Position numbers and translations under genes: made by a program. Under the pieces are notes generated by a model that was not told the origin of the DNA, made no database searches, and saw only the letters and a list, made by a program, of their open reading frames with translations. A stretch of DNA of 64,000 nt from positions 261,717 to 325,716 of the forward strand of contig UQVX01000001.1 of NCBI GenBank assembly GCA_900544585.1, read 5' to 3'. Below, one piece after another: positions 53,787 through 64,000 of this stretch; positions within the stretch are counted from its first letter, which is position 1, and each line of letters opens with the position of its first letter. This stretch comes from an uncultured Mycoplasmataceae bacterium (GTDB taxonomy: Bacteria > Bacillota_I > Bacilli_A > Mycoplasmatales > Mycoplasmoidaceae).

Positions 53787-54194
53787 ATGATTAATTGATT
53801 AGTAAATAAGGCGCTAGCTATATTTAAATTAGTTTTTCTAACCTTAGAAAAATGCCTTTTTGCTTTGTCAAATTTTATTAATAAAACTACTAATAAATAT
53901 AGAAAAATAACTAACAAGGTTTTACAACAAATTTTGCGCCAAGATTGAAACAACAAAGAACTTGTTGTTGTAATGAAAGTTTTGTTTTGAATCTTTGGAA
54001 TCGCCATTGCAATTTATCTTTATACTCTAGTTCATTCAGCTATAAAAGAAATTACTAATTGATCTTATCCAAGTAAGATTAATTCATTTTTTGTTGAAAA
54101 AATTAGTAACAATAACTCAAATTTACCAAATTTTCATTATTGAACTAGCACATTATACTTATTGATAAAATCTAATCAATTTCATGTGTTTTAA
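53787..54194 (+). CDS. Hypothetical membrane protein (135 aa)
   Basis: Code-4 ORF with several TGA-Trp, invisible in the track; TM segment VLFWIFGIAIAIYLYTLV. Confidence 0.6.
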
Positions 54195-54239
54195 AAACAA
54201 AAATTTAATGATTTTAAAATTTTTGTTTTTGGAACTACT

Positions 54240-57200
54240 ATGAAAAATTTACTTAAAAATAATTTTCGTTATCTTTTTAAAAATAAAATTATTGCTATAG
54301 CAATCTTAATCCTCTTAAGCATTGCCATAATGGTATTTTTTGCATTTATTAACTTAGTAGTTAATATCAAAAATACCTACAATAATTTAACTCAAAACTA
54401 TAATCTTCACAACATTGTTATTAATGAAATGTATTCACAAAATGAAGAAACAGCTAATCAACAAAAGAAAGAGTTTTATGATGGTTTAGATACTCTTAAT
54501 GTTGATTATCGTGAATTCAATTCAATCAACATTAATAACACTACTAATGAAGAACTATTAAAAGTTATAGAATATGTTGCTAGTTACAGTATTGATCGTC
54601 TTGATGTGTTTAGTCAAACTGGATTACCCCAAAATCCTGTCTACCATAACTATGTTTTACCTAATGCGATTGATTTCAATGCAATAATAGCTGTTGCAAG
54701 TGCAAATTTAAATGCAGATGAAACTAAGTCAGAGAATATCCTAGCAAGACAAAAATTAGTTTATTTTATGAATAAAGCTGATTTTAAAGTCAATAGTTTT
54801 AAAAATGAATTTAGTGAAGTTTGACAAACTATTTATAATGATCCAAATTATGATCCACTCAATCCAAATACAACAACTGCAACAACAGCCCAAAAAAATG
54901 TTGCTAAATATTTGAATGCATTCTTAAATCCTAATAACACAAAATATAGCCCTATTATTGTTAGAGGTTGTAGAATAACAATTAATCTTACTGAATTCAA
55001 TTCAGGAATCCCGGCCACTGGATACTTTGAGGATCCTTATGCATATTTAGCAATTGTATCCAATGATTATATGCAAGCTAATAACAAGGCATATTATTCA
55101 TTTGATGAGTACCAAAAAAACATCCTAAACAATTCTAGTGACTCACAAGGATTTAAAGATAAATTAGAATTATTGCCTAGTGAAGTAACACAATTTCCTA
55201 ATATCAAGTCTACACTTGATATCAATAATTGGTTAAATTCAGTTGATGATAAATATAAAATTTATGTCGATAGCATTCCTTATCTAATTGTTGGTTCAGG
55301 GATTACGCCTGATTTCATTTATCCTATTTTATCTTTTGCTAATACAATTCCTAATCCTAAAAAAGAAGCAATCATTTATACTAACAGCAATGGTTATAAA
55401 AGAACTGAAACTTCATTTGAATCTGCACCACATGAAAACTTTTTAGTTGCAAAATACAATGGTCCATTAGCCAGAACACAAATTTTAAATGAGATTAATC
55501 AATTAACAAGAAAATCAATGTCATGGCCTTCCAATGTTACAGCTGCATATTGGTATGATGACATTAATAATAAAATGTCACCAACTGCATTAAGAATTGA
55601 ATTTATTAATACAGTTATTAAAACATTTGTTACCACAGTAATTATTCTAACTAGCTTTGTTTTGATTTTAGTCCTATTTGTAATGGTGTTATTTGTTAAA
55701 CGTTTCATTAATCAAAACAAAGCTAATATTGCAATTAGTATTTCTAATGGAATTAACAAATTTAAAATTTTATTTTCCATTAGTATTTCGACAACTTTTA
55801 TTTGTTTATTTGCTGGACCAATAGGTTTATTACTAGGTGGCTTATTGGAACAAAGAATCTTTCTTTTCTTGCAAAATTATTGATTCTTACCAACACCCAT
55901 TGGTAATTACTCTGGATGGTGATTTGTCTTTGCAGCACTGATACCAACTTTGGTTTTCTTGCTTCTAATCTTTGGTGTAGGCATTTATTTCCTAAAAGAT
56001 AATTTAATTTCATTATTAAAACAAAATGGTGATCTTAAAATCAATAAATCATATCTTGGTTTTAGAAAAATAATTGCTAAAGCTAATGTTATGTATAAAT
56101 TAAGAAGTTCATTAATTTTTAGTTCTTTAACAAAAATAATTTTTATTACCGTTTTAAGCACATTGTCAATTGCGACTCTTACCTTTGCAAGTTCAGCAAC
56201 TAGTCAGTTAGGGCTAGCTTATGATTTAGAAACAAACACAAATAAATCTACATATGCAATTGATCTCTTCACACCTACTAGTCAAGGAGGACAATACTTT
56301 GGTGTGCCAATTCAATATGTTGGTCATGCATTATGAAATCAAGATGAAACAGAAAACCTAACTGATGTTGGGTATTCAACTGGTTTATATGGAAGTATAT
56401 ATAGAAATAGTCCAATTTTTAAAAATTACTCTTCAATGTTCTGAGCTAGTGCAAATGATTCCAGTGCACAAAAAAATGATATTTTGTATATCAAAAACAA
56501 AGTTGGTAACCAACTAATTTTAAATTACTTTTTTGGAGTAGGATCACTTGGTACCAATCCATGAAATATTTCCAAATCACTATTACCAATTAATCAAATG
56601 AATAGTTCAAATTCATTAAGTATTCAACTTGTTCAAAAAATGTTGATGGATTTAAGACCTTATAATCAAGCATTCTTTTCATCAATAAGTAATTTGCAAC
56701 CTTTAGTTGCAAATGATACCACTAATGCTAATCCATTCCCAAGTGAATGAGTAATTCAAAATTTTAATTTATTAAATCAACCACAAGATTGAAAATTAGT
56801 ATATCAGGACAAAAATGGTTATGATGGTAACATTGGAATAATCAATGCTAGTGAAATCTATGATGAAAATAACACTAGTAATCTAAGATGGATAACCCCA
56901 CAAGACGTACTTAAAGATGAAAGTAACTTAGCTACTATCATTAATGATGCATACAACACATATGGGGCAAGTTATAAAAATGAAAATATTACTAGTGCAT
57001 TAACTGAAAGATTGTATCCAAAGTATTATGGTAATTTATTTAGTCAAGATGCAATTAGTGATATTAGAGTAGAAGATAATGCTGTTCGTTTTAAAGTAGA
57101 TGTTAATAAAAATGAAGTTAAATCACTTATCACTACAAGAAGTTATTTAATGAAGCAATTTATGCAACAAATTGAAATTAACGAAGAAAATGAAAGTAGT

Positions 57201-58706
57201 ATCAATAATTCAGACATTATTCTAGATCCTCTTGATTACAATAGCTTTGCATTAAAACAATATGGTTATCAACTCAAGAATGTCGTGCAAGTGCTAAAAC
57301 TTAATGACAACTTCATTAAGTTATTCCTACATACATACAATGACCCTGCATATATCCCGCTATTCTATAGAATTCTTAATAATTATGCTTTATTAGATGA
57401 TGACACTGATGAACCATATGTTTATGTCAATAATACTTTTAATGGTGAAACAATAAAAGTATTAGGTATTCAATCTGATTCTAAATTTATAAACCTATAT
57501 AACAATAAAAATGAACCAATTAATAATAAATTGTTTTTAGAAAGCAATGATGTCATTCCTTTGGTTATCAACAATTACGCAGCTAAAAAATTTAATTTAA
57601 AAATTAATGATACGATTCAAATGCAAACCAATAACCACATCCAACGTTATGAGTATGATAATGTTGATGATGCTAATATAGCCAAAAATGTTTTGTTAAA
57701 TAATGATTTAAACTTTAAATTAAAAACAAGTGAAAGTCCAATATACAAAATTGTTGATATTAATAACACTGGTAGTGATGTGCAATTCTATATTAGTATG
57801 CCACAAGCACAACAAATCCTTGGTTTGGCAACAAGTAATGACTATGTAAATAAAACTAAAATTACAAGTAGTGATGAAGATGGTACATTGAATGTTGGAA
57901 TGAATAATCAATGAAACAAAATTGGGGGCTTTAACGGAATTTTCACTAGTAGCATTAACCCATTAATGTTATCAACGGCAGTAGGAACATATTCGTCAAG
58001 TGGACTATATCCAGGCAGTGATTCTTGAATTACAAGTAATGAAATGACTAACTTAATAACTGCCACCCTTAAAAATAAGGCACGATTGCCATATCTAGCT
58101 AATGCATTGCAGTTAAGTGTTAGCGAATTAAAAAATATTGAAACTACACTAACAACAGGTGCTAATGCCATTAGTAATAATGATTTGGCTAAAAAAATCA
58201 TTAATGTTTTAAATGTTAAATATGGCACAATGGCATTTAATACAATTTATGAAAATGCTAATTCCTTAATTCAACAGCAAGTAATGTTTAACCAATTGTC
58301 ATCAACATTTGACAATATTGTCATTGCTATTACAACGTTACTAATTTTCTTATCCATTATCATCATAATGATCATTGCTTCAATGGTTATTAATGATCTA
58401 TTAAGAATCACTGCAATCTTGACAACATTAGGATATAGCAACTATAAAAATGCATTAACATTCTTCTCCATTTTCTTCCCAGCATGATTATTTAGTGTCA
58501 TAATTGCTGGGCCAGTTAGTATTGTGCTAAACAAAATTATGGAATGATTTACTTTTAGTAATATGTCACTATTTATTAGCATCCCATTCAGTTGGATAGC
58601 CTTTGTTGTGATGGCATTAGCTTTTACAATGTTATTTGCTGGCGTTTTTTGATGAGGACTAAGATGATTTAAAAAGAATAATCTTTTAAATGCATTAAAA
58701 TGATAG
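54240..58706 (+). CDS. Large FtsX/MacB-type ABC permease (about 1488 aa)
   Basis: Two FtsX-like TM blocks separated by large extracellular domains; IVGSGITPDFIYP motif of mycoplasma giant permeases. Confidence 0.85.
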
Positions 58707-58708
58707 AT

Positions 58709-59476
58709 ATGTCAACAATAAATAATCAAGAAACTGTAAAAATAAAACATCAAATTAAGTCAGGTTATGGCTTATTACTTAGTTCATTATTATGGGCGGG
58801 TTTTGGTTTTATTGTTGTTGGTTTATTATCAATTGGTTATAGTTTTTTAATTAGAAATAACTTTCAAGCGTGATTAGATAGTCAAGAATATACAATTGTT
58901 TCTGCAATTGTACTAGTTGTCTTTGTAGTTATAAGTGCTTTTATAAACATAAAATGGAGTAGCAATGTAACTAATAGTTCTTGAACACTTATTGTTTTTG
59001 TATGGATTATTGATGTGTTACTAATGACAGGTATGATTGCACCATTAGTAACCCTAATTGATAACCCTTGATTAGTATTTATTGTTATTGCAATTAGTGG
59101 TGGAATCTTTGTGTTAATGGCTATTTTAGGTTATTGTGTCTTGACCTATAAAACAGCAATAACATTAAGCAAACTAATATGGTTTATTTTTGGTGGTTTA
59201 TTAGTTTTTAATTTAATTTTTATGCTAACTTTTAGTTTTTTATACACTAATGCATATAGTGTGTTTTACTTAGTTTTTGATGTATGTTATTTAGTAATTA
59301 GTTTGTTATCTATTGCAATGACATTCTTTAATATAAGTAAGTCAGAACAATTTAGTAACGATATTGATAGACAACAAAAATTAAAACTAGGTTTGTTCTT
59401 TGGGTTGCAATTACTAATGTCATATATTGTTTTATTTGTAACTCTATTGAGAATTATTATTAGATTTAAAAATTAA
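58709..59476 (+). CDS. Polytopic membrane protein, Bax inhibitor-1/YccA-like
   Basis: About 7 TM helices, C-terminal GLQLLMSYIVLFVTLLRII. Confidence 0.7.
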
Positions 59477-59484
59477 TTTCTCCC

Positions 59485-59700
59485 TAGCTAAAACTGAATT
59501 AATTGGGGCAAAACCTGATTTTGTTCCAACCACTAATTCTAGCAATGGTGCTAACAACAATTCTCTAGTGCTTTTGCCAACATGATCATCCCAGCTAGTG
59601 TTAAGGCAATTACAGGTTATGTAGATGTAACTCCAACTAGCACCTGGAAGTGGAGAAAATTCAATTCCTATTGAAGAATATTACAGCACTTTTGAGTTTA
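59485..59700 (+). pseudogene. Decayed fragment of a surface-protein gene, paralogous to the LRR remnant on the opposite strand
   Basis: Frameshifted pieces KTELIGAKPDFVPTT / MIIPASVKAITGYVDV; shares DNA with 60820-60885. Confidence 0.55.
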
Positions 59701-59956
59701 TGTTTTTGCTGACCAAATTTTGTTAGTAGCAACCAATTAAATAGTAGTGCAAAGATATGAAACCTAATACTAAACCTAAAACAATACATTTTGATGATGT
59801 AGGGCCATTAAATGAGAAATGTTTAGATCTCAGTCACATGTTTTTCAAGTTTAGGAATTAAACAATCTTTTATGAGCAAATAAATATTGTTGATCTCAAA
59901 TGCAAAGAAGAGTTAGAAAAACTAAAATGTGATAGTTAATTAAGATTGTAATAATG

Positions 59957-59992
59957 AAAAAAACTAGCTTTTTTGAAAAAGCTAGTTTTTTT
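59957..59992. terminator. Bidirectional intrinsic terminator
   Basis: AAAAAAACTAGCTTTTT-TG-AAAAAGCTAGTTTTTTT. Confidence 0.85.
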
Positions 59993-60299
59993 GTTAGTTC
60001 TATAGTGCAAGTTAGACTAATTTATCTTATAATAAATATAAGATAATTACGAGGATTAGTATGATGGTAACAATTATTAAGTTGTTATTCATGTCTAATC
60101 CTTTTTCTTTGTTTATGTTTCCACAAACAAAGAAAATCGTCTAACAATACATCATAGAACCAACCATTTAATAATTTGCATCTTGTTGACGCTCCTTAAT
60201 TAAATGTAACTTAACAATATATAGCAGCTAGACTTGAATCCTGGTCTATCAATTGTTAAGGTTTTTGAACCTTTCCATGAAGCTACGGTTCAATTTTTA

Positions 60300-60890
60300 C
60301 CTCCTTTAATAAATAAGAATGGTGAGCAATTGATAATTGCTAAAATAGTAATATCTCTGGCAACTTGGTGATGTTATCAACTTAGTTGCCTTGCTTAAGT
60401 CTAGGGAAGTAACCTCAGAGCCCAAGAACACACTATCAAACATAGTTTGCAGTGCATTGTTTTTGCTAAAGTCAACTGTTTTAGCAAAGTTATGCTATTG
60501 AAAGCATTTGAGCCAACATAACTTGCTTTGTCTGCTTGAATTGTTACAAAACTATAGGTATGTTGGTGAATTATAACTTTTGAAAGCAGAATTACCAATG
60601 TAACTCATGTTTTCTAAGGTGATAGTGTTTAAGGTTGAGCAACACTCAAATACATTATTACCAACATAGCTTATACTACTTGGTAAGGTAATTGTGTTAG
60701 GTTCTAGCACCTTTAAATGCTTGGGTACCAATTCTAGTGATGTTGTTAGAAGCAAACGTCATGTTAGTTGGGAATCATACCTTCAAAAGCACATTGATTG
60801 GTGTAAGTTTTAGTTGCACTTTCTCCACTTCAATTCCAGTTTTAATCACATTTACATAGCCTGTAATTGCTTTGAAACTGGCAAGGATGA
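60300..60890 (-). pseudogene. BspA-type leucine-rich-repeat surface protein pseudogene
   Basis: Repeats ITRIGTQAFKG, ITLPSSISYVGNNVFECC, MSYIGNSAF, SYVGSNAFNS spread over different frames with stops. Confidence 0.8.
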
Positions 60891-60895
60891 CAAAT

Positions 60896-60936
60896 AAAAA
60901 AAACTACAACTAGGTTAAGCCAATTGTAGTTTTTTT
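60896..60936 (-). terminator. Terminator of tuf
   Basis: AAAAAACTACAA...TTGTAGTTTTTT inverted repeat. Confidence 0.8.
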
Positions 60937-60952
60937 ATTCTTATAACATAAA

Positions 60953-62137
60953 CTATTTAATAATTTCAGTTACACTACCAGCACCAACTGTTCTACCACC
61001 TTCACGGATTGAGAACTTAGTACCTTTTTCAATCGCAACTGGAGCAATTAGTTCAACAGTGATTTTTGTGTTATCACCTGGCATAATCATTTCAACACCT
61101 GCAGGCAATTGAATTGCACCTGTCACATCAGTTGTACGGAAATAGAATTGAGGACGGTAACCATTGAAGATTGGCGTATGACGTCCACCTTCTTCTTTTT
61201 TCAACACATAAACTTCAGCTGTGAATTGAGTATGAGGTGTAATTGAACCTGGTTTACATAATACTTGACCACGTTGTACATCTTCTTTTTTAGTACCACG
61301 TAATAGAATACCAGCATTATCACCAGCTTGTGCATAATCAAGTTGTTTTCTAAACATTTCAATACCAGTAACAACTGTTTTTTGAGTCGGTTTTAAACCA
61401 ACAATTTCAACTTCATCATTTAAGTTTAATTGTCCACGTTCAACTCTACCAGTAACAACTGTACCACGACCAGAAATTGTGAATACATCTTCAATTGCTA
61501 ATAAGAATGGTTTATCAACTTCACGTTGAGGTTCAGGAATATAGCTATCAACTGCATCCATTAATTCATCAATCTTTGCTTCATATTCTGCCACACCATT
61601 TAATGCTTGTAAAGCAGAACCTCTAATAACTGGAGTGTTGTCACCATCAAATCCATATGAACTTAATAGGTCTCTAACTTCCATTTCTACTAAATCTTGC
61701 ATTTCAGGGTCTGACATCATGTCACACTTGTTTAAGAAAACAACCATTTTAGGAACACCAACTTGACGAGCTAACAAAATGTGTTCACGAGTTTGAGCCA
61801 TAGGACCATCTGTTGCTGCAATTACAAGAATAGCTCCATCCATTTGAGCTGCACCTGTAATCATATTCTTAACATAGTCAGCATGTCCAGGACAGTCTAC
61901 ATGGGCATAGTGACGCTTAGCTGTTTCATATTCAACGTGGGCAGTGTTAATTGTGATTCCACGTTCTTTTTCTTCTGGAGCACTATCAATAGATGCATAA
62001 TCCATTGCTTTGGCTTGACCTTTTTTAGCTAAAACTGTACAGATAGCTGCAGTTAAAGTTGTTTTACCATGGTCAACGTGTCCAATAGTACCAATATTAA
62101 CGTGTGGTTTACTACGTTCAAATTTTTCTTTAGACAT
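60953..62137 (-). CDS. tuf: Elongation factor Tu
   Basis: [21 protein letters not shown]; full length. Confidence 0.99.
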   Translation of the reverse strand: MSKEKFERSKPHVNIGTIGHVDHGKTTLTAAICTVLAKKGQAKAMDYASIDSAPEEKERGITINTAHVEYETAKRHYAHVDCPGHADYVKNMITGAAQMDGAILVIAATDGPMAQTREHILLARQVGVPKMVVFLNKCDMMSDPEMQDLVEMEVRDLLSSYGFDGDNTPVIRGSALQALNGVAEYEAKIDELMDAVDSYIPEPQREVDKPFLLAIEDVFTISGRGTVVTGRVERGQLNLNDEVEIVGLKPTQKTVVTGIEMFRKQLDYAQAGDNAGILLRGTKKEDVQRGQVLCKPGSITPHTQFTAEVYVLKKEEGGRHTPIFNGYRPQFYFRTTDVTGAIQLPAGVEMIMPGDNTKITVELIAPVAIEKGTKFSIREGGRTVGAGSVTEIIK

Positions 62138-62181
62138 TTCTAATTCTTCCTTTTAATAAAAACATAAATCTTTTAATTAAC

Positions 62182-62214
62182 ACTATTGTGAAATACACAA
62201 ATAGTATTATAACA
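62182..62214 (-). promoter_or_regulatory. Internal tuf promoter with 5' hairpin
   Basis: Extended -10 TGTTATAAT followed by ACTATTTGTG-TATTT-CACAATAGT. Confidence 0.55.
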
Positions 62215-62216
62215 AA

Positions 62217-64000
62217 TTATTTTTTAGCTCTATTGCTAACTACTTGTTCAGTAACGGATTTAGGGGCTTGTGCATAATGGCTAAATTGCATTACATATTG
62301 CCCTCTACCTTGCGTAAAGGAACGTAAATCTGTTGCATAACCAAACATCTCAGATAATGGAACTTTAGCTTTAATAGTTTGAGCAGTGCCTCTTTGCTCT
62401 GTTCCTTCAATTGAACCTCTACGACTTGATATATCACCCATCGTATCTCCAAAGTATTCATCAGGAACAGTGACATCAACAGACATAATAGGTTCTAGCA
62501 AGACAATACCGCATTTTTTGGCTGCATCTTTCAATGACATTGAAGCAGCAATTTTATATGCCATCCCTGAAGAGTCCACATCATGGTATGAACCATCAAA
62601 CAATGTCGCTTTGATATCAATAATTTGGTATCCTGCTAATGGACCTGCTTGCATTGCATCCTTCAATCCATTTTCAACTTCTTTAATGTATTCTTTTGGG
62701 ATTCTGCCACCAACAACTGCATCAACAAATTCAAAACCTTTTTCATGGTTGGGTTCAAACTTAATCTTTACGTGCCCATATTGTCCACGTCCACCAGATT
62801 GTTTGATGTATTTACCTTCTGATTCGCCTTCTTGAGTGAAAGTTTCACGGTAGCTTACTTGTGGCGCTCCAACATTAACATTAACATTGAATTCACGTTT
62901 CAAACGATCAACAAGAATGTCTAAATGTAATTCACCCATACCAGCAATGATTACTTGACCAGTTTCTTCATTAGAATATGTTTTAAATGTTGGATCTTCT
63001 TCAGCTAATTTTGAAAGTGCAATACCCATTTTTTCTTGGTCGGCTTTTGATTTAGGTTCAATTGCTAAAGAAATTACAGGTTCTGCAAATTGCATTTGTT
63101 CCAAAATAATGTTATTGCCTTCAGCGCAAATTGTGTCACCTGTAGTTGTATCCTTTAAACCAATAACTGCACAAATATCGCCTGCACCAATTTCATCAAT
63201 TTCATTTCTAGCATTTGAGTTCATTTTTACCAAACGAGAAATTCTTTCTTTTTTCCCTTTAGTAGTATTAATAACATATGAACCTTTTTGCAATGTACCA
63301 GCATAAATTCTGATATATGTTAATCTACCAATAAATGGATCAGTTGCAACTTTAAAAGCTAGAGCAGATAACGGAGCATTATCATCAGCTATAACATTAA
63401 TAATCTGGCCGTCTTCAGTTTCACCCTTGATTGGCGGAACATCAAGTGGTGATGGTAAAAATTCAACAATGGCATCCAATAATTTTTTAACACCTTTATT
63501 TTTAAAGGCTGTACCACATAAAACTGGATATAGTTCAGTAGAAATAACACCTTTACGGATACATTTTTTAATTTCTTCTTCGGTAATTGTTTCACCATTC
63601 AAATATTTTTCCATGATGCCTTCATCAAATTGAACAACATCATCTAACATTTTAGTTCTTCACAATTGCGCAGTTTCTTTTAAATTATCTGGAATTTCTT
63701 TAACTTGATAATTTTCTTCTTCTTTACCATCATAGTAGTAAGCTTTCATTTCAATCAAGTCAATGTTACCAATGAAATCAGCTTCAGCACCAATTGGATA
63801 TTGAATTGGTGTAGCTTTAACACCTAAACGATTAATCATTGAATTAACAGAATATTCAAAATCTGCACCTGTTTTATCCATTTTGTTAATAAAAACAATT
63901 CTTGGTACATTATATTTTGTCGCTTGTCTTCAAACAGTTTCAGTTTGTGGTTCAACACCATTTTGTCCATCTAATACTGCAACTGCTCCATCTAAAACAC
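62217..64000 (-). CDS. fusA: Elongation factor G (5' part outside window)
   Basis: [39 protein letters not shown]. Confidence 0.99.

Overview
AT-rich mollicute chromosomal window using genetic code 4 (TGA=Trp). The code is supported directly by a tRNA-Trp(TCA) gene and by in-frame TGA codons at conserved Trp positions. The supplied ORF track stops at TGA, so its fragmentation is an artefact, and I re-joined the genes by hand. Gene content and order (DUF3196-tig-lon, arcABC, DUF885 lipoprotein, miaA/miaB) suggest the pneumoniae group, possibly Malacoplasma-like; this is inference and the species cannot be determined. Most of the window is housekeeping: tig, lon and dnaK (the last two with CIRCE operators), holA, an arginine deiminase operon plus two tandem APC permeases, 12 tRNA genes, a tRNA-modification/Fe-S neighbourhood (mnmA, miaB, trmR-like, miaA, hemW, ferredoxin, FNR-like reductase), an ECF module, potABCD, coaD, trxA, topA, degenerate dprA, rbgA, rpsP-trmD-rplS, ffh, ktrAB, a giant FtsX-type permease, tuf and partial fusA. 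I found no intact mobile element, CRISPR array or clearly new multi-gene system. The best leads are the Fe-S/radical-SAM neighbourhood, an unannotated HNH nuclease domain behind tRNA-His, two inverted decayed surface-protein paralogues, an inverted repeat enclosing an internal promoter for initiator tRNA, an orphan two-gene unit, and several proteins with altered canonical motifs or large insertions.
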